Origin: an uncultured Candidatus Peribacteria bacterium
GTDB taxonomy: Bacteria > Patescibacteriota > Gracilibacteria > BD1-5 > JAGOOR01
DNA: 64,000 nt
Direction of reading: 5' to 3'
Assembly (NCBI GenBank): GCA_964632405.1
Contig: CAZWBM010000001.1
Coordinates: 40,850-104,849 of the forward strand
Shown: positions 33,824-44,692 of the stretch, in pieces
Layout: each line of letters opens with the position of its first letter
Position numbering within the stretch: the first letter of the stretch is position 1
Notes under the pieces: model-generated
Database searches by the model: none
What the model was told of the DNA's origin: nothing
Seen by the model: only the letters and a program-made list of their open reading frames with translations
Made by a program: the position numbers and the translations under genes

Positions 33824-36469
33824 ATGAACCAAAACTATACTATGGCTGCCGGAGAGCGCCTCCAAGAAGCAGTCCAACTGGCACAGAATTCTGGGCATGC
33901 TGCTATTGAATCCCTGCATCTTCTTTCAAGTATCCTCCATGCTCCTGAGAGTATCAATCAATCGCTCCTCGAGCGAGCTGGGGGGAATATCCAAACACTC
34001 AAAAACGATGTCGACACAGCACTGTCGAAATTGGCGAAAGTAAGTGGCAATACTTCTGAACCATGAGCTTCCCAAGAGTTGGCGAAAGTCCTCCAGACTG
34101 CTGAAAAAATAATGAAAAAAATGGGGGATAGCTACACCACAGAAGAACACCTCATGATAGGGCTTCTCGAATCCCCATCTATCAAGAAACTATTAACAAT
34201 CAACAATCAACCATTAACGCTTGCCTCTTATGAAGAAGCTATGAATAAACTGCGAGGTGGCAAAAAAGTAACTTCCAACACAGCAGAAAACCTCTATGAA
34301 TCACTCAAGAAATACACTATCGATCTCATCGACCAAGCGAAGAAAGGAAAAATCGATCCTGTCATCGGCCGTGACGAGGAGATACGCCGGGCTATCCAGA
34401 TCCTGGCACGAAGAAGCAAAAATAATCCTGTGCTTATCGGAGATCCAGGCGTAGGGAAGACAGCCATCGTCGAGGGAATAGCCACGAGGATCATCAATGG
34501 GGAAGTCCCGGATGCACTCTTGTCAAAGAAAATCCTGACGCTCGATCTGGGAGCCATGATCGCCGGAGCGAAATACCGTGGAGAATTCGAAGAGCGATTG
34601 AAGTCTGTCATCGACGAGGTCGAGAAATCCGATGGCGAAATTATCCTCTTCATCGATGAAATTCATACTATCGTTGGTGCTGGTGCGAGTGAATGATCAA
34701 CCGATGCCGGCAATCTCCTCAAGCCCGCCCTGGCTCGCGGAAGAATCAAGGTCATCGGAGCAACAACCATCAATGAATATCGAAAATACATCGAAAAAGA
34801 CGCCGCTCTCGAGCGACGATTTCAGCCAGTTATGGTCGATGAACCGACACGTGACGATACCATTACTATTCTCCGAGGTATCAAGGATAAATATGAAACT
34901 TTTCATGCGATAAAGATTACTGACTCTGCTCTCATCGCTGCAGTAGACATGTCGACACGATATTTGCCAGATCGTAAACTGCCTGATAAGGCAATAGACT
35001 TGATCGATGAAGCGGCTTCAGCGCTCAAGATCGGTTCTACGAGCAAGCCCGCTGAGATAGACACGATCGACAAGAAAATCCACTCCCTCCAGATAGAGCG
35101 AGAAGCTCTTCTGCGTGAGCAAAAAGACCGACCAGAAGAGGGGAATAAAACACGTATTGTCGACATCGAAAAAGATCTCGCAAATCTCCAGGAAGAGCAA
35201 AAAAAACTCCATGCTGCCTATGAAGACGAAAAGAAGATGATGCAAGATCTCAAGAAAATCCGTGAAGACCGAGAAAAGCTGGTGCTCCAGGCAGAACAAC
35301 TCGAGCGAGATGCAGACTATGCCACTGTCGCAGAAATCCGATACCAGAAACTTCCTGCTCTTGATGCAGAAGAGAAGAAGCTCGAAGCCATCGCTGAAGC
35401 CCGACGAAAAGATGGTCGAAGTTTTTTCCGTGATACTGTCGATATCGAGGATATCGCTTCTGTTATCTCTCGTTGGTCTGGAGTCCCCGTCGGAAAACTC
35501 ATCCAGACAGAGAACGACAAATATATCCATCTCTTCGAACGTCTCGAGGCAACAGTGAAAGGTCAAGATCATGCCCTCCGTGCCGTAGCAGAAGCGGTGC
35601 AGCGATCAAAAGCAGGACTCTCTGATAAGAATCGTCCAATAGGCAGTTTTCTCTTCCTCGGACCGACAGGAGTAGGGAAGACAGAGACCGCCAAAGCTCT
35701 CGCAAAAGAACTCTTCGACCATAGTGGTGCATTTATCAGGATCGACATGAGTGAGTATGGTGAATCACATGCTGTGGCCCGCCTGATCGGTTCTCCTCCA
35801 GGATATATCGGTCATGACGAAGGTGGACAATTAACGGAAGCGGTACGCCGAAAACCATTCTCTGTTATACTCTTCGACGAAATAGAAAAAGCCCATCCTG
35901 ATGTCGGAAATATCCTCCTCCAGATCCTCGATGATGGTCGTCTCACCGATGGAAAGGGTCGAACAGTCGACTTCAAAAACACCATCATCATCATGACGAG
36001 CAATATCGGCTCTGAGAAAATCATGGATTTCTTTCAAAGCCCCCCTGTCAAGGGGGGTGCCGAAGGCAGGGGGTTCGAAGAATTTGATACTATCCAACTC
36101 AAAGTCCTCCAAGAACAGATGATCCTGCAGCTCCGGAACTATCTCCGACCAGAGCTCATCAACCGTATCGACGACATCATCGTCTATCGACCTCTCGGCG
36201 ACGAAGTCATGAAATCTATCATTACGCTCGAGCTGGCAAAAGTGTCGGATATGCTCGCTGAAAAGAATATTGCCATCACCTGGGACGATTCTGTCTACAC
36301 ATATCTCATGAAGCATGGTATTGATCCTCAATTTGGTGCTCGCCCTCTCCGCCGAGCCGTCACAAAGTATATCGTCAATGCGCTCTCACTAAAACTTCTA
36401 GATGGAAGTTTAGAAGAGGGGGAAAAGATACAGGTAAAATTTGACAAAGACAATATAGTGATAAAATAA
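33824..36469 (+). CDS. clpB: ATP-dependent chaperone ClpB
   Basis: ORFs 33824-34066, 34079-34696 and 34832-36469 share a frame. TGA 34694-34696 gives [22 protein letters not shown]. Two AAA+ modules ([16 protein letters not shown]) with a coiled-coil M domain between them. Confidence 0.95.
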
Positions 36470-36490
36470 AACATATCACTATAAATAATT

Positions 36491-37666
36491 ATGGTATCTG
36501 TAGGGACAAAAGAACCTGAAAATAAACATCCTTGAAGGGTTTTGCTCGTTGACGATATACCGGAAACGGCTGAATTTTTTGCCGAACAATTAAGAGAACA
36601 TTTTGCGCATGTTACAACATCCACTCCATCACGAGCAGTATGCATCGCAGAAAAGTGAAAATTTGATGCTTTGGTAACTGATTTACGCTTTGCAGGTGAT
36701 AAACATATTGATAATGGTGTAGAGCTGGCAAAGCGATTAAACGGACACTGTCCGCCCACGGTTCTTCTAACAGCATGTGTAGGAGCAAAAGTCTTGTCTA
36801 CGATTACTTCTCAGGCCATACACACAGATGGTACACCATTATTACGGGGTGCTCTGAAATGAGGTGGAATTGAAAAACTCAGTGCCCAAATCCGTGGAGC
36901 TATGGCCGATGCAGAAAAACTACCTGCATGAATTCGAGCAGAAGGATTGAAAAAAATAAAAATTCCAGAATTTAATAACTGAGAGACTCCTTCAGAACTG
37001 ACAAATCTTATTGCAGTTCTCTCTGAAAAGCTCAAAAACTATGTCCGAATGACCTCGGAAAAGATAACTATTTTGAAAGAAAAATATGATCTTGAAAATT
37101 GGCCATCCTGGCAAGCAATAAAACAAACCATAGAATGACAGCTGGAACAATTTGCGACATTCAATTCCGAGCGACTCATAGGTCGAAGTGAAAAAGATAC
37201 CCTCGATGCTATGCATGAACTCAATAGTAGAATTATAGTCCTAGATATGAGCAGAGTACAGGCACCTGAAGGACATAAAAATGACGAAATAGGGACTATC
37301 CTGGCTGATTTACGCCGAGAACATAGAGATATTGAGAGTGAAATACAGAAAGCATTTAAAAAGTGAGAAGAATGCTGTAATCCATCTTTTGATTTTGATC
37401 ACGATGTGGAGAGAATTTTCTCACGATGAAAAGCACGTCTTAATATCTGGTATCCTAATAATGAGACAAAAAAGAAAAGCCGTTTCAAGGATCAATGACG
37501 CTTAATAACCACATTATTCTCAGAAATTCAGAAATGCTTCGACGATAAGAGTTGTGAAGTCGATATAAGAGCCGTAGATAATGAGGATGTCTGGTGGGAA
37601 GAAAGTGAAGAAAAAGAAAAACTAGAGAAAAAAATAGATTGGGGGGCGGGTATAAAATATTCATAA
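36491..37666 (+). CDS. Receiver (REC) domain protein with uncharacterised C-terminal region
   Basis: Hand-joined frame containing track ORF 36671-36862, with nine in-frame TGA codons. RVLLVDDIPE ... FDALVTDLRF ... VLLTAC resembles a CheY-like fold. The roughly 260-aa C-terminal part has no motif I recognise. TAA stop at 37664-37666. Confidence 0.7.
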
Positions 37667-37734
37667 ACATCGATCATTATTGAGATACAAGTAATAAATT
37701 TTGGGGAAAAACGTATGATCAATTGCTTGATCCG

Positions 37735-38484
37735 ATGCGGTGAATAATAGAAAAGCTCTTCGCGGCAAAGAAAATATATATAGATCCAAGACAATTTACT
37801 TACGAAGTGGAAGAACATGGCGGGCGAATAGAGATTTCGTTAAAAACTGTTGAAATTGATAGAAAATCATTGGCAAAAAAGCAAGCAGAAGCGGCTAAAA
37901 TCCAAACAAAAGAAATAGGTACGATGAAGGTGGACAGAGACCGTGCAGAAGTCTTCAAAGTAACGACTGTGGCTGGAGAGTTAACCATGATTGGGTGCGC
38001 TATGCCAAAGAAGATGAAAAAAATGAACGGAACATGGTCAGTGATAATGTATAACGGTGAGATAATACTGGCACATATGCGGGCTCATTTTGAAAATGAT
38101 CTAGCTTTCTGCCACTATCTGGTGAAACGTTTAAAACTTCCACTCCGTGAAGCATACAATTTAGCTGAAAATTCTCTCAGATTAAAGCTCGAAGAAGGCC
38201 GGATGTTTATCGCTCATGAGCAGGCACCAGCAGAAAAACTAGCTGATATAGAAGATACTTTCAAAAGAATGTGAGAGCCAAATTGGTATCAGAATCGAGA
38301 AGAGATTGTTGCAAAAATGTGTCCGATTTTAGAAGAACTCGGCATCGATAATATTATCTTGGATCCTGGGGAATTTTATGGAAGAAGCGGCCTTATGTAC
38401 ATGATGGTAGAAGATTTAGAAGATCCAGAAATGTCTCGCTATGATGATGAAGAAGATGTATGGATAGACGAGGTAGAAAAATAG
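37735..38484 (+). CDS. Hypothetical protein with acidic C-terminus
   Basis: ATG 37735, in frame with track ORF 37807-38274, extended through TGA to TAG 38482-38484. 249 aa. Confidence 0.55.
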
Positions 38485-38506
38485 AATAAAATTCTATAAT
38501 ACATCC

Positions 38507-38818
38507 ATGCTCCGATCTCTTCCCGCCGTATCTATTGTTTTACTCATTCTTCTCTCGCTCTATTGAATTGCAGTAGGATGGAATAAGTATCGTGAATATC
38601 AATCACAGGAGAGGATCATTCATGCCTTCAGTGAGTATTATCAAGGCCTAGCAAAGGAGTGCTACAATCAAGAAAGCCCGAATTGTTGCCTCGCTTCTGT
38701 CTCAAATATGGAAGCAAAACAGGGAATTCTGATACCAGAAACAGGCTGTCCAAAAGGAACAACATCAAATATCCTCAGATGCGCGAGCTCCTATACCTGG
38801 TGTGAGAAAACTCAGTAA
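38507..38818 (+). CDS. Small secreted or membrane-anchored Cys-rich protein
   Basis: Absent from the track. ATG 38507, hydrophobic N-terminus LPAVSIVLLILLSLY-G-IAV, and six Cys in the mature part. TAA stop at 38816-38818. Confidence 0.5.
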
Positions 38819-38861
38819 TTACGGCTCCAAATCCAATTTCAAACATCAAATATCATGAAAA

Positions 38862-38985
38862 ACAGAAAGGGGGTTTTTAGGGGACAAACTGTTTAAGGTC
38901 CATGAATGGAGAACTGAAAGATGATAAAGCTGGCCGAGTTTTTGTCCCCTAAATGATTTTGGTTACTTTTTTCACAAAAAGTAAC
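38862..38985 (+). repeat. Structured intergenic repeat, copy B
   Basis: Stem TTTAGGGGACAAA (38876-38888) pairs with TTTGTCCCCTAAA (38941-38953), followed by hairpin GTTACTTTTT/AAAAAGTAAC (38962-38985). Homologous to 23911-24030 with compensatory stem changes. Confidence 0.7.
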
Positions 38986-39020
38986 AAACGAATCTGTCAA
39001 CAGAAAAGGAAATTGATATT

Positions 39021-39050
39021 TACCTGGATACCGACTTTCGTCGGTATGGC
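39021..39050 (+). repeat. Solo copy of the GIY-YIG cassette terminal hairpin repeat
   Basis: ACCTGGAT-ACCGAC-TTTC-GTCGGT-ATG matches the right end of the cassette at 63858-63888. Confidence 0.65.
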
Positions 39051-39059
39051 GGAAAAGCT

Positions 39060-40268
39060 CTAAATACTTTTCCCACAATTCGAGCAAAATGGCATACCCT
39101 TGATAGTAAGCTTGTGACATGATGGACATTCGATTTGAATTTGATAATCACACAGAGGACAAAATGGTTTATCGATATCAATAGTGTTATGACAGTGTGG
39201 ACAGCGACGATCAGCGACGATTCTCTTGAGGATGTTTTCACGAGAAAAAAGCCGTCTCTGGATACGATACACGAGCCAACCAAATACTATAACCAAAAAG
39301 AGTGGTATAAGAAATTGGAGGAGATAGAGAATAGGTGAGAAATTGCGCAGGAAATTTATCAGCTTTTCGATAAAGACATGGGGGATTAAGTCCCAGATGC
39401 TCACGAGGACGACCTGCAGAAGCAAGACTCCATAGGCAAAAGTAGCCACTGTGAAGATAATGGTGTACGGACTATTGTCTTTCTTGAATCGGCTATAGAG
39501 AACATAGAGGAGACCAAAAACCAGACCAACAAACAAAAAACTCAAGAGATCAACTGTGAGTGTCCACCAACGGTATTCTGTCTCATAGGCCTTTTCAATG
39601 GTCTTCACTTTTGTTTTAAGCTGAGTGATAGATGCTGCATTCTGGCTACGAAGGGTGGCAATTTCGGTATTATATTTTGCTACTTCTTTCAAGAGGGGCT
39701 GGAGGGATTCTTCGCTGGCTGCAAGAGTAGCGGCAGTATCAGAAGGATTATACACTGGCTTCACTGCGGCTTCCTTTTCTTCGAGGGCAGTATTGTACTG
39801 ATCTCGCTGAGTGTTGATAACCCCTTCTATTCTATCTATTTGCGCCTGAATGGGTTCCCTCTCCTGGAAAACATTTCGTATTTCTTTCGCTTCTGGAAGG
39901 AGCTTGGCATAGTCTTCTCGAAGGTCAAAAACAGGCTTATCACCAACAAGAGCTGCCTGGGTGATATCAGCGCTGTAATCAAACTGTCGGCCACCATTTG
40001 GATAGCAGGTGAAATCTGTGTAATAATTTGGGCCCGTAGATTTTGTGTCAAGAAGGGAAATAATATCCGAGATACAATTCGGTACTCATTTCGGTGGAAT
40101 GGGAATATCACGGATGATTGCGAGACTCCATTGCCCGAGAGAAAAGAGCGCAATCCACATACAGATGAGGAGGAAATATCCCATCTTGGTGGTTGGACGT
40201 TCGGTGATCTCTTCCGCAGAAGAGAGACCTTTTTTTGCGGGAAAGAGAAAATTTTTGAGAGAAAACAT
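39060..40268 (-). CDS. Membrane protein with coiled coil and C-terminal double zinc ribbon
   Basis: ORFs 39060-39764 and 40086-40268 share a frame and join through TGA. N-terminal TM helix, an extracytoplasmic region, a coiled coil, about 4 TM helices, then CPHC...CPLC...CPSC...CSNC. TAG stop. Confidence 0.7.
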
Positions 40269-40345
40269 AGAATAGAATTAGGAGGTAAGACTCATTATAG
40301 TCGCAAAAAGACGAAATCAAAGATCTTCCCCGAAAAATATATATT

Positions 40346-41674
40346 TTAGTGGTTCTTTACCCAGTCTACAAGTGATGAGAGAGATCCGTGGGTGATAATA
40401 GAAAGTCCTTTCAATGTCTGGTATTTCGATTGTGCTCCTGGGATATGAATCACCCGAAAGCCAAGTTTTTTTGCTTCTTCGAGACGTTTTTCTATCTGCG
40501 CGACCGGTTTTATAACACCGGTAAGGGAGATTTCTCCGAGGAAAAGTGCGTGATCAAGGGGTTTCTTCTGGTCAGAGGACAGAAGCGCTGCGACAATGGC
40601 GAGATCAACTGCTGGCTCACCCACAGAGAGACCGTGGGAAACGTTCACATACACATCATCAGAGTCCAGGTTGATACGGCCGAATTTGGCGATCGTCGCC
40701 AAGAGGAGTTCTATTTTTTGGCTTGAAATACCCCTTGCAGACCTTTTCGGGTAAGGAAATCGTGTCGAATGTGTCAATGCTTCGATCTCCATGATCACTG
40801 GCCGATTGCCTTCAAGAGCTATGGTCAGAGCAGCACCCACTTGAGGAGTAGTTTTGAGTATTCACTCCGCTGGATTTTTGAGGTCGAGTAATCCTCCTTC
40901 CCCCATTTCGAAAAGACCGATAGCGTCCGTTGGTCAGAAACGATTTTTCATCGCACGAAGTATCCTATAACTCTGATATCTGTCGCCTTCGAGAAAGAGG
41001 ACAGTATCGACGAGATGTTCCAGGGTTTTTGGGCCAGCCAGGTCACCATCCTTTGTTACATGACCTATCAAGATAATGGCAGTGTTTGTCGTCTTCGCAA
41101 AGTGCATAAAAGTCTCTGTGATGGATCTAATCTGTGCCATACCCCCACTTGATCCACCCTGAGAAGAAGAATACATAACGCTGATAGAATCTATGATAAC
41201 GATAGGGTACGGGGTCGACTGAAGTGTCGCGATGATATCCTCGACGATTTCTCCATGAAAAAAATGGATATGGCTATTATTAACTCCGAGACGATGGGCT
41301 CGGCCAGCGATCTGTTCTTCACCTTCTTCCCCAGAGACATAGAGAACAGGGGTTTTTTCGGAAGCACACCACTGAGCTAATTGCAGCGTGAGTGTCGACT
41401 TTCCGATGCCTGGTTCTCCTGAGAGAAGGGTCAGACTTCCGCGTACGAGTCATCATCCGAGCACTCCAGAAAGTTCGACACTTTCGACAGGGAGACGGGT
41501 ATGTGATGTCGAGCGTGGATTCAAATTCACGACCGATCATTTCTTTCCGGCAACTTTCATGCGACCAACGGTTTTTATTTCTTCCTGTTCGAGAAGAGTA
41601 TTCCACTGGCCACACTCTGGGCACTGACCTGACCATTTGAGCTGCGTATGATGACAATTCGTGCAGGAAAACAT
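40346..41674 (-). CDS. radA: DNA repair protein RadA/Sms
   Basis: N-terminal zinc ribbon CTNCHH...CPECGQW, Walker A GEPGIGKST, KNRF-G-PT (TGA 40936-40934), and a Lon-like C-terminal domain. Joins ORFs 40346-40840 and 40934-41176 with the upstream part. Confidence 0.92.
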
Positions 41675-41704
41675 GTCATCATTGTAGTGAAAAACCGGAA
41701 AATT

Positions 41705-42091
41705 CTAGCACGTCCGACAAAATGTTATCCGAGAGTCGAGGATAAAACTCAGAAGACCCGCAAGAAGAGCCACAATAGTCCGAGAGAGGAGATAATGGAT
41801 GCCGAAAAATTCGACAAAAATATACATCAGGACCAGTATGCTCGCAAGTGTTGTCCCGGCAACAAAAAGAGCTAATAGGGATCACCGGAGAGGCTCTACC
41901 GAACTATGGAAAGTCCAGGAACGATTACAGAAAAATGCCAAGAGATTTGCAAAGAGAAAACCTATCGTACAAGAAGTAAGATAATAAAGATGAAGCATTT
42001 CTGTGCACCACCAAACCAGTCCGAGATTGATACAGAGAGTGATAATTGAGATAATGGAATATCGGGAAAATGTCAGAATTTTCTGCTTCAT
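41705..42091 (-). CDS. GtrA-family membrane protein
   Basis: ORF 41882-42091 extended through TGA to TAG 41707-41705. Four TM helices and the NRSWTF motif typical of GtrA. Confidence 0.72.
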
Positions 42092-42093
42092 TT

Positions 42094-42711
42094 CTAGAAA
42101 AAATTATAGAGCACAGCCACGAAATTGAGAATCGCATGACTGGTTCCTACGAGGTAGAAATTTGGATATCTCCGAAACATCCAAGCAAAACCTAAACCGG
42201 CAAAAAAAGTAATTGGGATAATGATAAGTGGGGAAGCATAAATGATGTGCAAAAAGGCAAAAAGAAGCGTATTGATGATGATCAGGTACAATGATCGCAG
42301 ATGCAGCAGGGTCAGTTCTTGCATAAGAAAGCTCCTGTAGAGAAATTCTTGTACGAGACTGATCGGGATAAAGAGAAAGATCAGATGTGGATTCAGGTAC
42401 CACTGGGCATCGGGACTTTTGCCAAGGATGAAAGCAAGTCCCATAAGGAGCGCCACGGTCACGACCGTAAAAAGTGTATAAGGAAAAATAGATACAGAGA
42501 TGTTATCTGCACGGATGCCGAGAGTTTTATAGGACCAGTGTTCCTGCGCTACGATCCATAGAGTGGCCAGAAAGACGCCTGTAAGTACGACAAATCTTCC
42601 TCCATCTGGCACAACTCCTATAGAAATGAGAATAACAGGAATAACAAAAAGGAGAAATATCCTCTCTACAATGAGTCTCTTATTGACGTAATGAAAAAAT
42701 GGAATATGCAT
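42094..42711 (-). CDS. CPBP-family intramembrane glutamic protease (CAAX protease-like)
   Basis: Motifs QEFLYRSFL (EExxxR-like), FAFLH and a later HAILNF. Intact 205 aa. Confidence 0.78.
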   Translation of the reverse strand: MHIPFFHYVNKRLIVERIFLLFVIPVILISIGVVPDGGRFVVLTGVFLATLWIVAQEHWSYKTLGIRADNISVSIFPYTLFTVVTVALLMGLAFILGKSPDAQWYLNPHLIFLFIPISLVQEFLYRSFLMQELTLLHLRSLYLIIINTLLFAFLHIIYASPLIIIPITFFAGLGFAWMFRRYPNFYLVGTSHAILNFVAVLYNFF

Positions 42712-42714
42712 AGG

Positions 42715-43125
42715 CTAGACTCTGAAAGTAATTCTCATATCAAAGAAATATCCGATAAATCCTGTGATGACCGTAGAAACCGTCCGTGCCCATATGTAAT
42801 GAAAAGCAAGATAATGAACAAGGCCGTAAGTAACGATCAATATGACCAAGAAAGAATAGAAAGCTATGGTGAGAAATTTCATATAACCATGACGAAACCG
42901 AGTCGAACTACGGAAAGTCCAACGCCTATTAGCAAAAAAGGCGACAATTGATTCGAGAACAAACGCTATCGAACAAGCAACGAGATAATGAAGATGCCAG
43001 AATTGGGCCAACCCCCAGACCATAATCAAATTGAGGATGAGCATGAGAGTGCCCACAGCGACATACCTGGCAAACTGAGCAAGATGCTCTGATTTATGAG
43101 GAAAATGGAAGACTGTTTGGAGCAT
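42715..43125 (-). CDS. GtrA-family membrane protein (second copy)
   Basis: Track ORF 42715-43131. I prefer ATG 43125 over TTG 43131. Contains the NRRWTFRS motif and four TM helices. Confidence 0.72.
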   Translation of the reverse strand: MLQTVFHFPHKSEHLAQFARYVAVGTLMLILNLIMVWGLAQFWHLHYLVACSIAFVLESIVAFFANRRWTFRSSTRFRHGYMKFLTIAFYSFLVILIVTYGLVHYLAFHYIWARTVSTVITGFIGYFFDMRITFRV

Positions 43126-43183
43126 ATTCAAATTGTATGCTCATAATTTAGCACATAATTTTAATTATGTCAATATTCATTTA

Positions 43184-44008
43184 TTATGAAAATACTTTGG
43201 GGGCCTTTTCGATAAACGTATCATATTCCTCACGAGCATAGTCTGGCAATCGTGCAACGGCAAGAGGCGTCCAAACTCCCTCCAGAAATCCGAAAAAATC
43301 GTGTTCCAGAACATCCAAAATGATTTTTCGTACTTTCCGATATTCGCTTTGATCCAGGGCAGAAACATGGTTATAGGCATCAATACCATTTTGGAAACAA
43401 TAATGAAAAGAGTCTCTCTGAGGTAGAGGAAGATTTTCTCGATACTGCTCACTCGTGAGATAATCAGTGACAAAACCATGGAAACTATTGATACCATCGA
43501 TGAAATTGTCGATTACACGGCCAAGTACAGCAATGGGGGTAGTTTTCGTGAAATCAAATTCCCCTCTGAAAAGCATCTCTTTGGCAGGATCAAAGGCTGC
43601 ATAGAGTTGCTTATCTTCGAGAGTAAATATCCGATCGATGATGGCCTGTTCCCGGTCTTTGACGGCCAGAGCTAGGCGAGGGTTTCGTATCTTATCTATA
43701 GAGGTCATATCCGACTGACTCGTCTGAGAATCGAGAATTTCAGGAATATCATGGATCCAGAGTGTGCGGATAAGTGCTGATTTATCGGCCTCTGAAAGAG
43801 ATAGATACTCGGCATAGAGAACCATGCGCTTCGTATGTTCATCGACACGGTCAAGAAATATATGGTCAAAATCATCATCCTGAAACTTATATCGACGGAC
43901 ATTCGCGCCAAGAGCTATATGTTCTGTGAGATCTTCCGGCACGAGAACATCATCAATAGTCCTATCAAAAAGAGTTTTAGTAAATGGGGTTCTGTACTTT
44001 TTGGGCAT
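43184..44008 (-). CDS. HD-domain-like hydrolase
   Basis: The EHTKRMVLYAEYL ... LWIHDIPE pattern fits an H...HD metal-binding motif. Intact 274 aa. Confidence 0.6.
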   Translation of the reverse strand: MPKKYRTPFTKTLFDRTIDDVLVPEDLTEHIALGANVRRYKFQDDDFDHIFLDRVDEHTKRMVLYAEYLSLSEADKSALIRTLWIHDIPEILDSQTSQSDMTSIDKIRNPRLALAVKDREQAIIDRIFTLEDKQLYAAFDPAKEMLFRGEFDFTKTTPIAVLGRVIDNFIDGINSFHGFVTDYLTSEQYRENLPLPQRDSFHYCFQNGIDAYNHVSALDQSEYRKVRKIILDVLEHDFFGFLEGVWTPLAVARLPDYAREEYDTFIEKAPKVFS

Positions 44009-44048
44009 ATCCAGAGACTACCGGGAAAACATCTCTGGTCAAGGTATC

Positions 44049-44444
44049 TTATTCGAACTTTTCTCTTTCGAAAAAGTGCTCCTGATGTTCCTGGCCCAGA
44101 GGATGATGGGCATGTTTGATAGCACAGCTATAGAGTTCCATTTGGTTCACAACAGCTTTTGTATAGGCTACGACACCATTGGCATACTCACAATAGAGGC
44201 AATTAAATTTCTGCCAAAAAGTCAGTTTTCCGAGCTTATACCGATCAAGTACTACATACTTTTTCCTCTCGAGAAGAGGAATATCACAAATACGAAAATA
44301 GATATTCTGAAATTGCCAAATAAATATATCCATCAAAATAAGAGGAAAAATACATACATACACTGAGATAAGCGCGACAAAATCGAGTAATATATTTACC
44401 TGGGCAACATGCTTGCCTTTTCCGGGAACGGCGTAGTTGTTCAT
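44049..44444 (-). CDS. Hypothetical membrane protein with CxxC motif
   Basis: Intact 131-aa ORF with one TM helix and an FNCLYCEYANG segment. Confidence 0.55.
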   Translation of the reverse strand: MNNYAVPGKGKHVAQVNILLDFVALISVYVCIFPLILMDIFIWQFQNIYFRICDIPLLERKKYVVLDRYKLGKLTFWQKFNCLYCEYANGVVAYTKAVVNQMELYSCAIKHAHHPLGQEHQEHFFEREKFE

Positions 44445-44460
44445 AAAATGATTTAGGTAA

Positions 44461-44486
44461 TAAAAAGTACTCCGGGGAAGTACTTT
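44461..44486 (-). terminator. Intrinsic terminator downstream of the tRNA locus
   Basis: On the minus strand, stem AAAGTAC/GTACTTT is followed by a T-run. Confidence 0.55.
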
Positions 44487-44580
44487 AAAATTAATAAATG
44501 GCGCTCAAGAGGGAGATATGCCCAGAGGCATATCGAGTTCGAACCGTGGGTTCGAGTCCTCTCGATTTTCAAAAATGTTT

Positions 44581-44665
44581 TGGTGCCCAAGAGAGGACTC
44601 GAACCTCCACACCTTGCGGCACAGCCACCTCAAGGCTGCGTGTCTACCAATTTCACCACCTGGGC
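44581..44665 (-). tRNA. tRNA-Leu (anticodon GAG), CCA encoded
   Basis: The reverse complement folds by hand as follows: acceptor GCCCAGG/CTTGGGC, anticodon arm CAGCC-TTGAGGT-GGCTG, a long variable arm, T arm GGAGG-TTCGAGT-CCTCT, then ACCA. Confidence 0.9.
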
Positions 44666-44692
44666 ATTGCAAGGTGTACTATAAGAACTTTT

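Noticed and set aside
35018-36331. Minus-strand ORFs 35018-35572 and 35831-36331
   Set aside because: They are antisense shadow frames within clpB.
44497-44575. Possible tRNA-Gly(UCA), the suppressor-like tRNA expected in a table-25 organism
   Set aside because: I could not form an acceptor stem, a 7-nt anticodon loop or a UCA anticodon on either strand. It is kept only as an unexplained tRNA-like fragment in the findings.
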